Positions 30,739 to 40,169 of a DNA stretch of 64,000 nucleotides are shown one piece after another. Below the pieces are notes generated by a model. The model did no database searches. It was given only the letters and a program-made list of their open reading frames with translations, and was not told the DNA's origin. The position numbers and the translations under genes were made by a program. This DNA comes from Pyrinomonadaceae bacterium (GTDB lineage Bacteria; Acidobacteriota; Blastocatellia; Pyrinomonadales; Pyrinomonadaceae), in NCBI GenBank assembly GCA_046313635.1, contig JBKBYA010000008.1:64001-128000 (forward strand), read 5' to 3'. The first letter of the stretch is position 1. Each line of letters begins with the position of its first letter.

Positions 30739-31410
30739 ATGCGTCATCTGCTGACCAAGCTCTCCGCAGTCACTATAAATCTAATTCTGCTCGCGACAGC
30801 CGCGGCGGCACAGAACGCTCCGCCGCGCGAAGCGGGCAAACGCGAGGCAGATCTGGTAGAACTCACTAAACTCAGCAAGTCGATCAAGCTCGATATTCAT
30901 TACGCCCGCTCGGACAATTTTGTCGGGCGGCCCGTTTATACCGAGGCACGTGCTTTCCTGCAGCGGCCCGCGGCCGAGGCCCTGCTCGAGGTGCACCGCG
31001 AGCTTAAAAAGAAGGGGCTTGGTCTCGTGATCTTTGACGCGTACCGCCCGTGGTCGGTGACAAAGCTCTTCTGGGACGTGGTGCCCGAGGACAAGCGAAA
31101 GTTCGTCGCCGATCCCGCAAAAGGCTCAAAGCACAATCGCGGATGCGCCGTCGACCTCAGCGTCTACGACCTCAAGACCGGAAAGCTCCTGCCGATGCCG
31201 TCCGGCTATGACGAATTCACCGAGCGTGCCTCGCCCGATTACCGCGGCGGCACCGCGGAGGAGCGGGCCAACCGCGATATGCTTCGCCGACTGATGGAGG
31301 CGCACGGCTTCACGGTCAATCCAAACGAATGGTGGCATTTCGACTTCAAGGATTGGGAGCGGTACGCGATCTACGACATCGCCTTCGCGGACGTGAATGG
31401 TCGCAAATAG
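30739..31410 (+). CDS. D-alanyl-D-alanine dipeptidase (M15D, VanX/DdpX family)
   Basis: DAYRP, SKHNRGCAVDL, EWWHF; signal peptide; GGAGG RBS. Confidence 0.9.
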   Translation: MRHLLTKLSAVTINLILLATAAAAQNAPPREAGKREADLVELTKLSKSIKLDIHYARSDNFVGRPVYTEARAFLQRPAAEALLEVHRELKKKGLGLVIFDAYRPWSVTKLFWDVVPEDKRKFVADPAKGSKHNRGCAVDLSVYDLKTGKLLPMPSGYDEFTERASPDYRGGTAEERANRDMLRRLMEAHGFTVNPNEWWHFDFKDWERYAIYDIAFADVNGRK

Positions 31411-31414
31411 TTTT

Positions 31415-31452
31415 GCCGCGAGGAGCGCGTCGCTTGCTGCGCTCCTCGCGGC
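31415..31452. terminator. Hairpin between convergent genes
   Basis: 14-bp stem GCCGCGAGGAGCGC/GCGCTCCTCGCGGC. Confidence 0.6.
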
Positions 31453-31473
31453 GTCGAAAGAATGGAGCCGCGG

Positions 31474-32160
31474 CTACTCGCTCTTAGGCGCGGCCGCGGC
31501 TTTCGGCATCACGGCCTCGATCGCCAGCACAACTTTGACGCTGTCGTCCACCGACGGCGTTCCATTCGGTAATTTTGAATCGTAATTCACGCCGTAATCG
31601 CGGCGGTTGATAATGGTCTCCGCCGTGACGCCCATCCGCATCCCGCTCCGCTCATTTCCCGGGACGAAGCCCGCGATCTCAAAAGGAAAGGTGATCGACC
31701 TGGTGACGCCCTTCAGCGTAAGGTCGCCGGTGATCATCAGGTTCTTTCCCTTCTTCGTGACGCGCGTGCTCTTAAAGGTCATCTCGGGGTAGGTTTCCAC
31801 TTCAAAAAAGTCCTTTGACCGAAGGTGATTGTCTCGTCCGGCGACGCCTGTGTCGATGCTCGTCACCTTGGCGGCGAACTCGACCGACGACCGCGTCACG
31901 TCCGCCGCGTCGTAGCTGATCTTGCCGGTAAAGTCCCGAAAGAAACCGGGCACTTCGATCAGCCCCATATGCTTGACCTTGAACCCGATGAATGTATGAG
32001 CACGGTCAAAGTTGTAAACGCCGGATTCGCCCTGCTGAGTGCCGCCCGCCGCCGGCCCGAATCGCTCGGCGATCGACGCCGCGCCGGCACTCGCACCGCT
32101 TTGCAAGACAGCAAACAGGCCGAGGACGACCGTCAGGAACAATGTCTTTGTGAGTTTCAT
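31474..32160 (-). CDS. YceI family protein
   Basis: FKVKHMG, SIDTG..GRDNHLRSKDFF, GDLTLKGVT, INRRDYG. Confidence 0.92.
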   Translation of the reverse strand: MKLTKTLFLTVVLGLFAVLQSGASAGAASIAERFGPAAGGTQQGESGVYNFDRAHTFIGFKVKHMGLIEVPGFFRDFTGKISYDAADVTRSSVEFAAKVTSIDTGVAGRDNHLRSKDFFEVETYPEMTFKSTRVTKKGKNLMITGDLTLKGVTRSITFPFEIAGFVPGNERSGMRMGVTAETIINRRDYGVNYDSKLPNGTPSVDDSVKVVLAIEAVMPKAAAAPKSE

Positions 32161-32223
32161 TTCGATGGATCTCCTGTATTGATGACTCTTTTGGTGAAGA
32201 ATGATTTTGCTACTATAACGGAT

Positions 32224-32748
32224 ATGTCGAGGCCCGAAAAATCTGAATACGACCCCTTTTACGAGAATTACATCTCCTTGGCTGCCGACGCCGACATCGT
32301 CGATCTGCTGAGCTCGCAGCCGGACGAGCTGCGTCAGGCGCTCGTCGGTATCGACGAGCCGGGCGGCGCGCTTGCATATGCCGACGGCAAATGGACGATC
32401 AAGGAACTTTTAAGCCACGTGATCGACGGCGAACGTATCTTTGCATATCGCCTGCTGCGGATCTCGCGCGGCGATCAAACACCAGTCGAAGGCTTTGATC
32501 AAGACCTCTACATCGAACATTCACACGCCAACGAGCGCACGATCGCAGACCTTCTCGATGAATTCGCCGAGCTTCGTTCGGCAAACTTGAGACAGATACG
32601 CAATTTGACCCACGACGATCAGCTCCGCACGGGGACGGCAAACGGCTCGTCTATCTCGGTACGGGCCCTCGTCCGGATCATGGCCGGCCACGTCGCTCAT
32701 CATCTGCACGTCCTGCGTTCGCGTTACCTTGCCGGGAATGCAGGCTGA
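32224..32748 (+). CDS. DinB family protein
   Basis: YADGKWTIKELLSHVID and AGHVAHH metal-binding His motifs. Confidence 0.85.
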   Translation: MSRPEKSEYDPFYENYISLAADADIVDLLSSQPDELRQALVGIDEPGGALAYADGKWTIKELLSHVIDGERIFAYRLLRISRGDQTPVEGFDQDLYIEHSHANERTIADLLDEFAELRSANLRQIRNLTHDDQLRTGTANGSSISVRALVRIMAGHVAHHLHVLRSRYLAGNAG

Positions 32749-33898
32749 CGTCGTGGTCATCGGCGGCGGCGCGGCCGGGCTCTTCTGCGCGGCCGAAGCC
32801 GCCCGCCGCGGCCGGCGCACGATCGTCCTCGAGCACAACCGTGAGCCGGGCCGCAAGATCCTCATCTCGGGCGGCGGCCGCTGCAACTTTACGAATACCG
32901 GTACGCGGCCGGAAAATTTCATTTCGCAAAACCCGCACTTTGCCAAGTCGGCGCTCGCGCGCTATACGCCCGACGATTTTGTCGAGCTGGTCAATCGGCA
33001 CCGGATACAGTTTTACGAGAAAAAGCTCGGGCAGCTCTTTTGCCGCGAGAGTTCTCGACAGATCGTCACGATGCTGCTCGACGAATGCGAGCGGGCCGGG
33101 GCCGACGTACGCTGCGCCGTTTCGGTCAGATCGGTCGAAAAAGAAAATGACTTTTTGCTGGATACGACCATCGGTCCGATCAGGTCCGAGAGCGTCGTCA
33201 TCGCGACCGGCGGGCTGTCGTACCCAAAGATCGGGGCGACCGACCTCGGCTATCGCATCGCAGAAAAGTTTGGCCTGGCGATGACGCCGATGCGGCCGTC
33301 TCTCGTCGCGCTCGTGGCCGCACGGCAGCAGGCCCGGCCCGATCTGGCCGGCATCTCGATCGACGCGGTCGTCTCGACCGGCTCGCACTCGTTCCGCGAG
33401 AATGTGCTGTTCACGCACCGCGGCCTCTCCGGCCCGGCGATCCTGCAGATCTCTAATTATTGGAGACGCGACATCCCCGTCGACATCGATCTGCTGCCGG
33501 ACATCTCGGCCGACGAACTCCTGCTCGAGAACGCCGGCCGAAAGGAGAAGCTTTCAAACTTTCTCACTCACCTTCTTCCGGAGCGTTTCGCCGCCGAATT
33601 TGTAAGGGCCAATTCAGAAGATCGGCCGCTTAACCAGATCGGCCGCAAAGAACTTGCGGCGATCGGAAAGCGGCTTAACAAGTGGAATGTCACATTCCGC
33701 GATACCGAAGGCTACGACCGCGCCGAGGTGACGCTTGGCGGCGTCGCGACCGACGAACTGCATTCGAGAACGATGGAAGCGGCACGCGTCCCCGGACTTT
33801 ATTTCATCGGCGAAGTGGTCGACGTCACGGGGTGGCTCGGCGGGTACAACTTTCAGTGGGCGTGGGCGTCAGGCCATGCCGCGGGGCAGGCCGTTTAA
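32738..33898 (+). CDS. HI0933/YhiN/BaiN family flavoprotein
   Basis: GGGAAG, GRKILISGGGRCNFTN, LFTHRGLSGPAIL, GGYNFQWAWASG. Confidence 0.93.
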   Translation: MQADVVVIGGGAAGLFCAAEAARRGRRTIVLEHNREPGRKILISGGGRCNFTNTGTRPENFISQNPHFAKSALARYTPDDFVELVNRHRIQFYEKKLGQLFCRESSRQIVTMLLDECERAGADVRCAVSVRSVEKENDFLLDTTIGPIRSESVVIATGGLSYPKIGATDLGYRIAEKFGLAMTPMRPSLVALVAARQQARPDLAGISIDAVVSTGSHSFRENVLFTHRGLSGPAILQISNYWRRDIPVDIDLLPDISADELLLENAGRKEKLSNFLTHLLPERFAAEFVRANSEDRPLNQIGRKELAAIGKRLNKWNVTFRDTEGYDRAEVTLGGVATDELHSRTMEAARVPGLYFIGEVVDVTGWLGGYNFQWAWASGHAAGQAV

Positions 33899-33904
33899 AA
33901 CGAG

Positions 33905-33941
33905 GAGGGAGACGTCTCCCACACCGTCTCCCTCTTTTTTC
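33905..33941 (+). terminator. Intrinsic terminator
   Basis: GAGGGAGACG/CGTCTCCCTC stem plus T-tract. Confidence 0.75.
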
Positions 33942-34141
33942 GCACCAACTACAGGGCGTAGTCGGAAGCGAAACTTGATCTTTATTTTTGCTATTTGTAA
34001 AGCTTGCCGCCGCTCTGTGACCCTTTTTGTAGGTGCGTCCTCTCGAGCGACAAGTGAATCTTACACTAATACCGATCGATGTCAAGGTGACCGCAAAGAA
34101 AATGAGTGAACGGTCATTCATTCGCCGATCCGCGTCTGATC

Positions 34142-34957
34142 TTAGCGAAATGCCGAGACGTCGAGGCCAAATCGCAGCTCCGGCTCGGTATCCGCCGCGG
34201 CGACCTGAACGAGGTTCGCAAGCCGGCGCTCGGCCTTTTTGATATGCGTGCGGGTGCGCTCGGCCATCTGCTTGAGCAGGTTGCGGCCCTCGAGCATTTC
34301 GGCGGTGACCTTTTGGCTCAGGACGTACAGCTCCGACATTTCGAGCTCGAGCTTTTCGGCCCGCAATTCCAGTAGCCGAGTCTTTACCTGTGCGATCTGA
34401 CGTATGACGCGGACGAGCTCATCGCCGATCGTATCTCCTTTGACGAGGTCGGGACTGTCGCGATATTCCTCGACGAGTTTATTCAGCAGGTCCTGGTCGC
34501 CTGCGGAATATGCGTCGTTTAGCTTTGCCATCAGATCGTGGCGCCGCTCGCGCTCTTCGTCGTCGAGAGCCAGGTCCGGATGAATGAGACGCGCGAGTTT
34601 GTGATACGCCTTTTTGGCCTCGACGGTCGGCTGCCATTTGAAGCTGCAGCCTTCCCAGTTCTCCTCGTCGGCCTGAGCGGCCGACTCCTCGGCTCGCTGC
34701 CGCGCCTCTTCAGCCTTGCGTTTGATCTCTTCGTCCTCGGGATGGATGCGGACCTCCTGCTCGGCGATCTGCGCTTCGATCTCGTCGAGCTCGGCGTAGA
34801 GCCGGCCGACCTCCATCGTGTATTTGGCCTCAAACTGCTCGAGCTCGGCGCGCAGGTCGGCCATCTCCTCTTCGCGGTCGGCGAGGCGGTCCTTGAGCCG
34901 CTCGAGCAGCGCCCGCTTTTTGTTGAGCTCGATTTCTTCGGGGGCAAGAGAGATCAT
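34142..34957 (-). CDS. Coiled-coil protein with internal J-domain
   Basis: KKAYHKLARLIHPD...MAKLNDAY, flanked by coiled coils. Confidence 0.75.
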   Translation of the reverse strand: MISLAPEEIELNKKRALLERLKDRLADREEEMADLRAELEQFEAKYTMEVGRLYAELDEIEAQIAEQEVRIHPEDEEIKRKAEEARQRAEESAAQADEENWEGCSFKWQPTVEAKKAYHKLARLIHPDLALDDEERERRHDLMAKLNDAYSAGDQDLLNKLVEEYRDSPDLVKGDTIGDELVRVIRQIAQVKTRLLELRAEKLELEMSELYVLSQKVTAEMLEGRNLLKQMAERTRTHIKKAERRLANLVQVAAADTEPELRFGLDVSAFR

Positions 34958-34962
34958 TCGGT

Positions 34963-35709
34963 CTAAGAATACAGATTCATCGGCCTCGTCAGCAACGCGA
35001 GCGGATCGTGGACATTGAGCGCTTCGCGCACAAAGAAGGGCTCGCCCGCCGCGGCGCCGATCAGCGAGCCGAAGTATCTCGCTCGATTCTCGATCTCGTC
35101 GAGAAACGTCCTTGACGTAAGACGCGTCTCAGGCTCGTCGGACGCCGGATCGTAGAACTGCGAGGCGTGGGCGCGGATCGCCGCCATTTTGGTCATAAGA
35201 AAATCCGAGATATCGACGATAAATGTCGGCACGACCCGCCGCGAAAATACGTTATGAGCGATCGCGGGCACGGGTATGCGTTCGGCCCCGCTCACGTCAG
35301 CGTCGTACTTTGGCATGTTCGCGAGCCGCGCCGACTCGCGAACGAGCTGGACGATGTAGTTGTGATCCGGATGCGGATCGTCGCCCTGGTGCGTCAGGAT
35401 CAGCCGCGGCTTGAGCCGACGCAGCACGCGAACGAGGCGCGTACGCGACTCGTCGTCGACAAATACGTGCCCATCCGGCAGGCCGAGACTTTCGCGGACG
35501 TCGAGGCCCATTATCCGCGCCGCGGCGCGAGCTTCTCTTGCGCGGCCTTCGGGCGTGCCGCGAGTGCCCATCTCGCCCTGGGTCACATCGAGAGCTCCCG
35601 TACGGTGACCGAGACTCTTCATCTTGAGCAGCGTGCCCGCGACCGCCATCTCGACATCGTCGGGATGGGCGAATATCGCGAGGACATCGACAGAGGAATT
35701 AGATCGCAT
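34963..35709 (-). CDS. bshB1: Bacillithiol biosynthesis deacetylase BshB1 (PIG-L family)
   Basis: AHPDDVE, TQGEMGTRGT, HPDH, AHASQF, RARYFG. Confidence 0.8.
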   Translation of the reverse strand: MRSNSSVDVLAIFAHPDDVEMAVAGTLLKMKSLGHRTGALDVTQGEMGTRGTPEGRAREARAAARIMGLDVRESLGLPDGHVFVDDESRTRLVRVLRRLKPRLILTHQGDDPHPDHNYIVQLVRESARLANMPKYDADVSGAERIPVPAIAHNVFSRRVVPTFIVDISDFLMTKMAAIRAHASQFYDPASDEPETRLTSRTFLDEIENRARYFGSLIGAAAGEPFFVREALNVHDPLALLTRPMNLYS

Positions 35710-36074
35710 ATTCCAAATTCAAAATTCCAAATTCCAAAATTCCAAATTACGGATCGGCCGAACTTCTCGCTGCGATCCGAGCGAACGGGCAGCGAACCTC
35801 GCACCGGATCGAGCACGGCAGCAAACCGCCCGAGCTCATCTGCTAAAGTCTATTTACCAGACCACGCTCTCGGCAAATCGTCGGCGGCGAATGGTGAGCG
35901 GCAGATCCACTATCCCGCCCGCCAAGCTGAGATGCGAAAGATGAGGACCTAAGTTCTGAGATCTCGGATCTGAAAGCAGCAACAGGAGAACCAACCTCGG
36001 TATCGGATCCGCGATCTGGATTTGGGATCTGGAATTTGGAATTTGGAATTTGAAATCTGGAATCTGTAATTTGG
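35710..36074. repeat. Inverted heptamer runs (ATTCCAA)n ... (GGAATTT)n bracketing a divergent intergenic region
   Basis: Arms at 35710-35748 and about 36014-36074. Confidence 0.85.
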
Positions 36075-36091
36075 CATCTCCCTTTCGGAAT

Positions 36092-36862
36092 ATGAGACTC
36101 ACCGTCATCGGCTCCGGCACAGCCGAGCCTCACTCTAGGCGCAGCGGCGCCGGATTTTGGCTCGACACTTCGCGCGGGTCGGTACTGCTCGACTGTTCGG
36201 CCTCGGTCCCGCATCGGATGGCCGCGGAGGGTCTCGATTGGGCCGGGCTAGACGCGATTTGGATCTCGCATTTTCATCTCGATCACTGCGGCGGATTGGC
36301 ACCTTTTCTTTTCGGCACGAGGAACGCGACCGCGACTCGCGAACGAAAGAAGCCGCTTCAAATCTTTGGCCCGGTCGGGCTTCGCCGGCTGATCGAGCGG
36401 TTTGATGCGGTGAACGAATACAAGCTTTTCAAACAGCCTTTCCCGGTCGAGGTCGTCGAGGTCACGCCGCTTGAGCGTTTTGAGATCATGCCGGCGATCG
36501 AGGCGGTCGCTCTCAAGACGCCGCACACGGATGAGAGCCTGGCGATCAGGATCGAGGACGGCTGGCGCTCGATCGTTTACACGGCCGACACAGGGTTTGG
36601 CAAAGAGATCGCTGACTTTGCGCGCGGCGCCGGTCTGCTGGTCATCGAATCGTCATTCTTCAGAGATAAGCCGGTCGATCTGCACCTAGAGCTCGCCGAA
36701 GCGATGTATCTCATCCGTCACGCGCGGCCGCGGCGGGCGATGCTTACGCATTTTTACGGTGAATGGGACGAGGTCGATCTTGCGGCGGAGACGGCTCGAT
36801 TTGAGCCTTCGTGCGAGATCGTCGAGGCCGTCGACGGCCTGCGGCTCGATATTGCGGAATGA
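36092..36862 (+). CDS. MBL-fold metallo-hydrolase, RNase Z-like
   Basis: LTVIGSG, ISHFHLDH, YTADT, LTHF. Confidence 0.85.
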   Translation: MRLTVIGSGTAEPHSRRSGAGFWLDTSRGSVLLDCSASVPHRMAAEGLDWAGLDAIWISHFHLDHCGGLAPFLFGTRNATATRERKKPLQIFGPVGLRRLIERFDAVNEYKLFKQPFPVEVVEVTPLERFEIMPAIEAVALKTPHTDESLAIRIEDGWRSIVYTADTGFGKEIADFARGAGLLVIESSFFRDKPVDLHLELAEAMYLIRHARPRRAMLTHFYGEWDEVDLAAETARFEPSCEIVEAVDGLRLDIAE

Positions 36863-36956
36863 TCGATCGACCAAAGCAAAAGACCGGCGACCGATCGGCA
36901 TCTGTCTCTCTCGGTCGCCGGTCATTCGGCTATGTGCTGTCTCAAGCGGCTGGGTC

Positions 36957-37388
36957 TTACGAGCCGCGTGTATTTCGCCGTGCAAGCTCCATCAGTTCCT
37001 GGGGCATCCACTTGCTGAGATTCTTTTCTTCGGCGCCGGCGATGCCGCGGTTGCGGTTGCGCCATTCTTTTGCGGGGTCGTCCTCGCGGCCGGACTGCTT
37101 TGGATAATTCTCGATCTGCTCGAGACTGATGATGATGCCGTGAGCGATCTCGCTCCAGTCCTCATTCTGGATGCCGCGCAGGACGATGGGCAGGCCGGCT
37201 GTCCAATCTTCTTCGGGCGTTATGTTGTCAAACTCAGGTATCGTCAGCCGGTCGGTCGACGGGAAAGGTCGGCCCTTGAATTCGCTGACGATCTGCGATT
37301 TGAGGTCGCCGAGCGACCCGTTCGGGTTCGCCTGCCGCAGCTCGACGGCGCGGCGGAAAATGTCAGAAACTGTCGGTTGATCGGCCAT
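36957..37388 (-). CDS. Hypothetical protein
   Basis: 143-aa ORF with plausible composition filling the gap between neighbouring genes. Confidence 0.65.
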   Translation of the reverse strand: MADQPTVSDIFRRAVELRQANPNGSLGDLKSQIVSEFKGRPFPSTDRLTIPEFDNITPEEDWTAGLPIVLRGIQNEDWSEIAHGIIISLEQIENYPKQSGREDDPAKEWRNRNRGIAGAEEKNLSKWMPQELMELARRNTRGS

Positions 37389-37422
37389 ACTGTTTGAAGC
37401 GGCAAATCAAATTGTAAAACAA

Positions 37423-37911
37423 ATGCGAAAGTTCATCTACCAGGCCCACCTGCTTCTCGGTACCGTCGTCGCGGTGCCTGTGCTGGCGTGGTCGCTAAGC
37501 GGATTTCTCTATGCTCTGCCAAACACGGTCGAGGGCGGCACCGTCGAAAAGATCGACGCGGCGCGCGTAAAGGTTTCGCCCGCCGACGCCATCGTCCGCG
37601 CCTCGCAGCTTGCCGGCAGAGATCTGCCGACGACCGCTCTGACGCTGCTGATGAAGGACGGCCGCCCGCAGTATCAATCGATCGGCGGCCTCGGCGCGGA
37701 CTCGATCTTTGTCGACGCCGAGACGGGCGACGCCCGCTGGTCGCAGCCGCCGACGTGGAAGACGCGATTCTTTCGCGAGGCGCACTTTTACTTTTTCGCG
37801 GGCCGCTGGCAGGTGGCGCTGCTTGTCGTGCTGTCGCTGCTGTCGGCCCTGTCGGCGTTTACGGGCATCTATCTGAATGTCGCTTACTGGTCGCAGCGAC
37901 TTGGCCGCTGA
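37423..37911 (+). CDS. PepSY domain membrane protein
   Basis: N-terminal HLLLG TM, VSPADAI, FVDAETG, His followed by a C-terminal TM. Confidence 0.7.
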   Translation: MRKFIYQAHLLLGTVVAVPVLAWSLSGFLYALPNTVEGGTVEKIDAARVKVSPADAIVRASQLAGRDLPTTALTLLMKDGRPQYQSIGGLGADSIFVDAETGDARWSQPPTWKTRFFREAHFYFFAGRWQVALLVVLSLLSALSAFTGIYLNVAYWSQRLGR

Positions 37912-37987
37912 CGAGATCGCCGGACAGCCGCTTCGTTGTTTTCGCTCATCCTACGAGCTAGTCTTTTATCACGCGAGGTCAAACGAG

Positions 37988-38662
37988 ATGAGAATCACCG
38001 CCGCGATCTTACTTGCTTTTATCGCCTTCGGCTCCGCTGCCCGAGCTCAGAACGAGCAGGCGCCGATCGTCGAAAAAGAGGTCGCTTACAAAAACTGGAC
38101 GTACAAGAGCGTGCGGGACGGCAGCAATGTCGATCTACGCGAACTCGCCCGCGGCAAAAAGCTCGTCGCTGTCGTGTACTTTGCACCGTGGTGCGGCAAT
38201 TGGCGTCACGACGCGCCGATGCTCGAACGCCTTTACCAAAAGTACAAGGCCGACGGCCTCGAGATCGTCGCGGTCGGCGAGTACGATCCTGTCGGCTCGA
38301 TGAAGAGCAATATCGACACGATGAAGCTCACCTTCCCGATGGTCTACGAGAGCGAATCGCGCGACGCAAAGCAAAAGACCTCGCACTACGAGTATCGCCG
38401 CTCGACCGGCGACACGCGCAATTGGGGCTCGCCATGGTACATCTTTCTCGACCCGTCGCAGTTCCCGGCAAAGGGCGACGTCTTGACGACCAAAACAAGC
38501 GTCATCAACGGCGAGATGATCGAGGCCGAGGGCGAAAAGTTCATCCGGCGAAAGCTCGGGCTTGGGCCGGGCGCCGTCGACGATAAAAAAGTGGGAGCGT
38601 TCGCCAAAACAAAGATCGAGATCTGCGAGCCGGCGAAGCCCTCGCCGCTGACAAAGCCTTAG
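37988..38662 (+). CDS. Secreted TlpA/peroxiredoxin-like thioredoxin-fold protein
   Basis: Signal peptide; VVYFAPWCGNW, LYQKYKADGLEIVAV, and a WGSP cis-Pro-like loop. Confidence 0.75.
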   Translation: MRITAAILLAFIAFGSAARAQNEQAPIVEKEVAYKNWTYKSVRDGSNVDLRELARGKKLVAVVYFAPWCGNWRHDAPMLERLYQKYKADGLEIVAVGEYDPVGSMKSNIDTMKLTFPMVYESESRDAKQKTSHYEYRRSTGDTRNWGSPWYIFLDPSQFPAKGDVLTTKTSVINGEMIEAEGEKFIRRKLGLGPGAVDDKKVGAFAKTKIEICEPAKPSPLTKP

Positions 38663-38684
38663 GATCGCATCTTGTACTCAAACT

Positions 38685-38724
38685 AAAAGCGGCGGGAACG
38701 CGATGTCCCGCCGCTTCGTTTTTT
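38685..38724. terminator. Bidirectional intrinsic terminator
   Basis: AAGCGGCGGGA/TCCCGCCGCTT stem with A- and T-tracts, between convergent genes. Confidence 0.75.
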
Positions 38725-38737
38725 GCTGTGCTTCTCG

Positions 38738-39286
38738 TTAAAGTTCGGCGTTCGGCATCAACGCCAGCGTGTCGTTCAGCTTTTGCTGGATCTGACGCAG
38801 CGGAGCGTTGGCCGCTACGAACCTGCCGGCGATGGCCGAGTCCTCGGACTGACCAGCGAGTTCCGAAATGCCCTGGATCGAAGTGAGATACTTCTTGAGA
38901 TCCGGCTTGGTGCGAAATTCCGTCTCGAGACTGACGAGCCCCTCACGCAGGCCGCGGATCGCCGCGACGACCTTTCGCTTGTCGGCCTCGTTCTTGTCGA
39001 TCGATTCCCTCTTGAGTTTGCGTGCACGGGCCTCGGCGTCGAGCGCTTCGATATTCTGCGCGATCGGGCCGAGACGCGCGACAAAGCCGGTGACGTTCGC
39101 AAGCTGGTTCGAGACCTTGACGCGCGCGGCCCTGACCTCGAGCGGCGGGAGCGTCGGTGTCTTGGTCGTTGTCGTCGTGGTCCGCTTGGTCGTCGTGCGT
39201 TTTGAAATGGTTCGCTGCGCGTCGGCGGTCGTTCCAAGAAGTGCCACCGCGGCCGCGATAAACGTAAGGTAAATTGCAGTTCTCAT
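38738..39286 (-). CDS. Secreted helical hypothetical protein
   Basis: Signal peptide, Thr-rich linker, helical body. Confidence 0.7.
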   Translation of the reverse strand: MRTAIYLTFIAAAVALLGTTADAQRTISKRTTTKRTTTTTTKTPTLPPLEVRAARVKVSNQLANVTGFVARLGPIAQNIEALDAEARARKLKRESIDKNEADKRKVVAAIRGLREGLVSLETEFRTKPDLKKYLTSIQGISELAGQSEDSAIAGRFVAANAPLRQIQQKLNDTLALMPNAEL

Positions 39287-39336
39287 CGTCTTCCCCGCCT
39301 GTTCAAAGTATGGCAAACATCTTATCATACCGATAT

Positions 39337-40026
39337 ATGCGGGAGAGATCGTTGGAGGTCCGGCGTCTCGGACGAGTTGCCTATCGAGATGCTTTGGAGC
39401 TCCAAAACCAGCTCGAGGCAGAGGTCATCGCCGAGCGTAAGAACGACTATTTACTGCTGCTCGAGCATCCGCATGTCTTTACGCTCGGCCGCCGCTCGAG
39501 GGATGGCGGCGTGCTCGCGACGGCCGAACTTCTTCGCGATCTCGACATCGAGGTCTTTGAGATAAACCGCGGCGGCAAGGTCACATATCACGGCCTCGGG
39601 CAGATCGTCGGCTATCCGATCATCAGCCTCTCGCCCGATCGCGAGGACGTGCACCGGTACGTCCGGGATATCGAAGAAGTGCTCATCCGCACGATGGCGG
39701 ATCATGGGATCGAGGCCTTTCGCATCGAGGGTCTCACGGGCGTGCACACCCGCGAAGGCAAGGTGGCGGCGATCGGCGTACATATCAAACGCTGGGTCAC
39801 GACTCACGGCTTTGCGCTCAACGTCAACACCGATCTCAGCTACTACAACTGGATCATCGCCTGCGACGGCGAACCGGTCACGTCGATGGAGCGCCTGCTC
39901 GGCCGCGAGGTCGATATGGCGGAGGTCGAGGAGCGGATGATCGAGAATTTCAGGGACGTTTTTGGATACAGCGCTTTGCTCGCTCCGGCTGTGGACTCAA
40001 AGGCAGGCTCGGTCGTCGCAGGTTAA
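39337..40026 (+). CDS. lipB: Octanoyltransferase LipB
   Basis: LLEHPHVFTLG, RGGKVTYHG.GQIVGYPI, KVAAIG, HGFALNV, IIAC. Confidence 0.95.
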   Translation: MRERSLEVRRLGRVAYRDALELQNQLEAEVIAERKNDYLLLLEHPHVFTLGRRSRDGGVLATAELLRDLDIEVFEINRGGKVTYHGLGQIVGYPIISLSPDREDVHRYVRDIEEVLIRTMADHGIEAFRIEGLTGVHTREGKVAAIGVHIKRWVTTHGFALNVNTDLSYYNWIIACDGEPVTSMERLLGREVDMAEVEERMIENFRDVFGYSALLAPAVDSKAGSVVAG

Positions 40027-40035
40027 AAGATCTTT

Positions 40036-40124
40036 CTTTGCGTCCTTCGCGTCGCACTTTGCGAACTTTGCGTTTAGGTCTTTTTCACCGCAAAGAACGC
40101 CAAGAGCAAGACGCAAAGCACGCA
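40036..40124. repeat. CTTTGCG / CGCAAAG periodic inverted repeat
   Basis: Repeated CTTYGCG units followed by repeated CGCAAAG-like units. Confidence 0.7.
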
Positions 40125-40169
40125 TGGGTATATTGCGAATCGGTTGAACGAATCGGGGGAACAATAATA

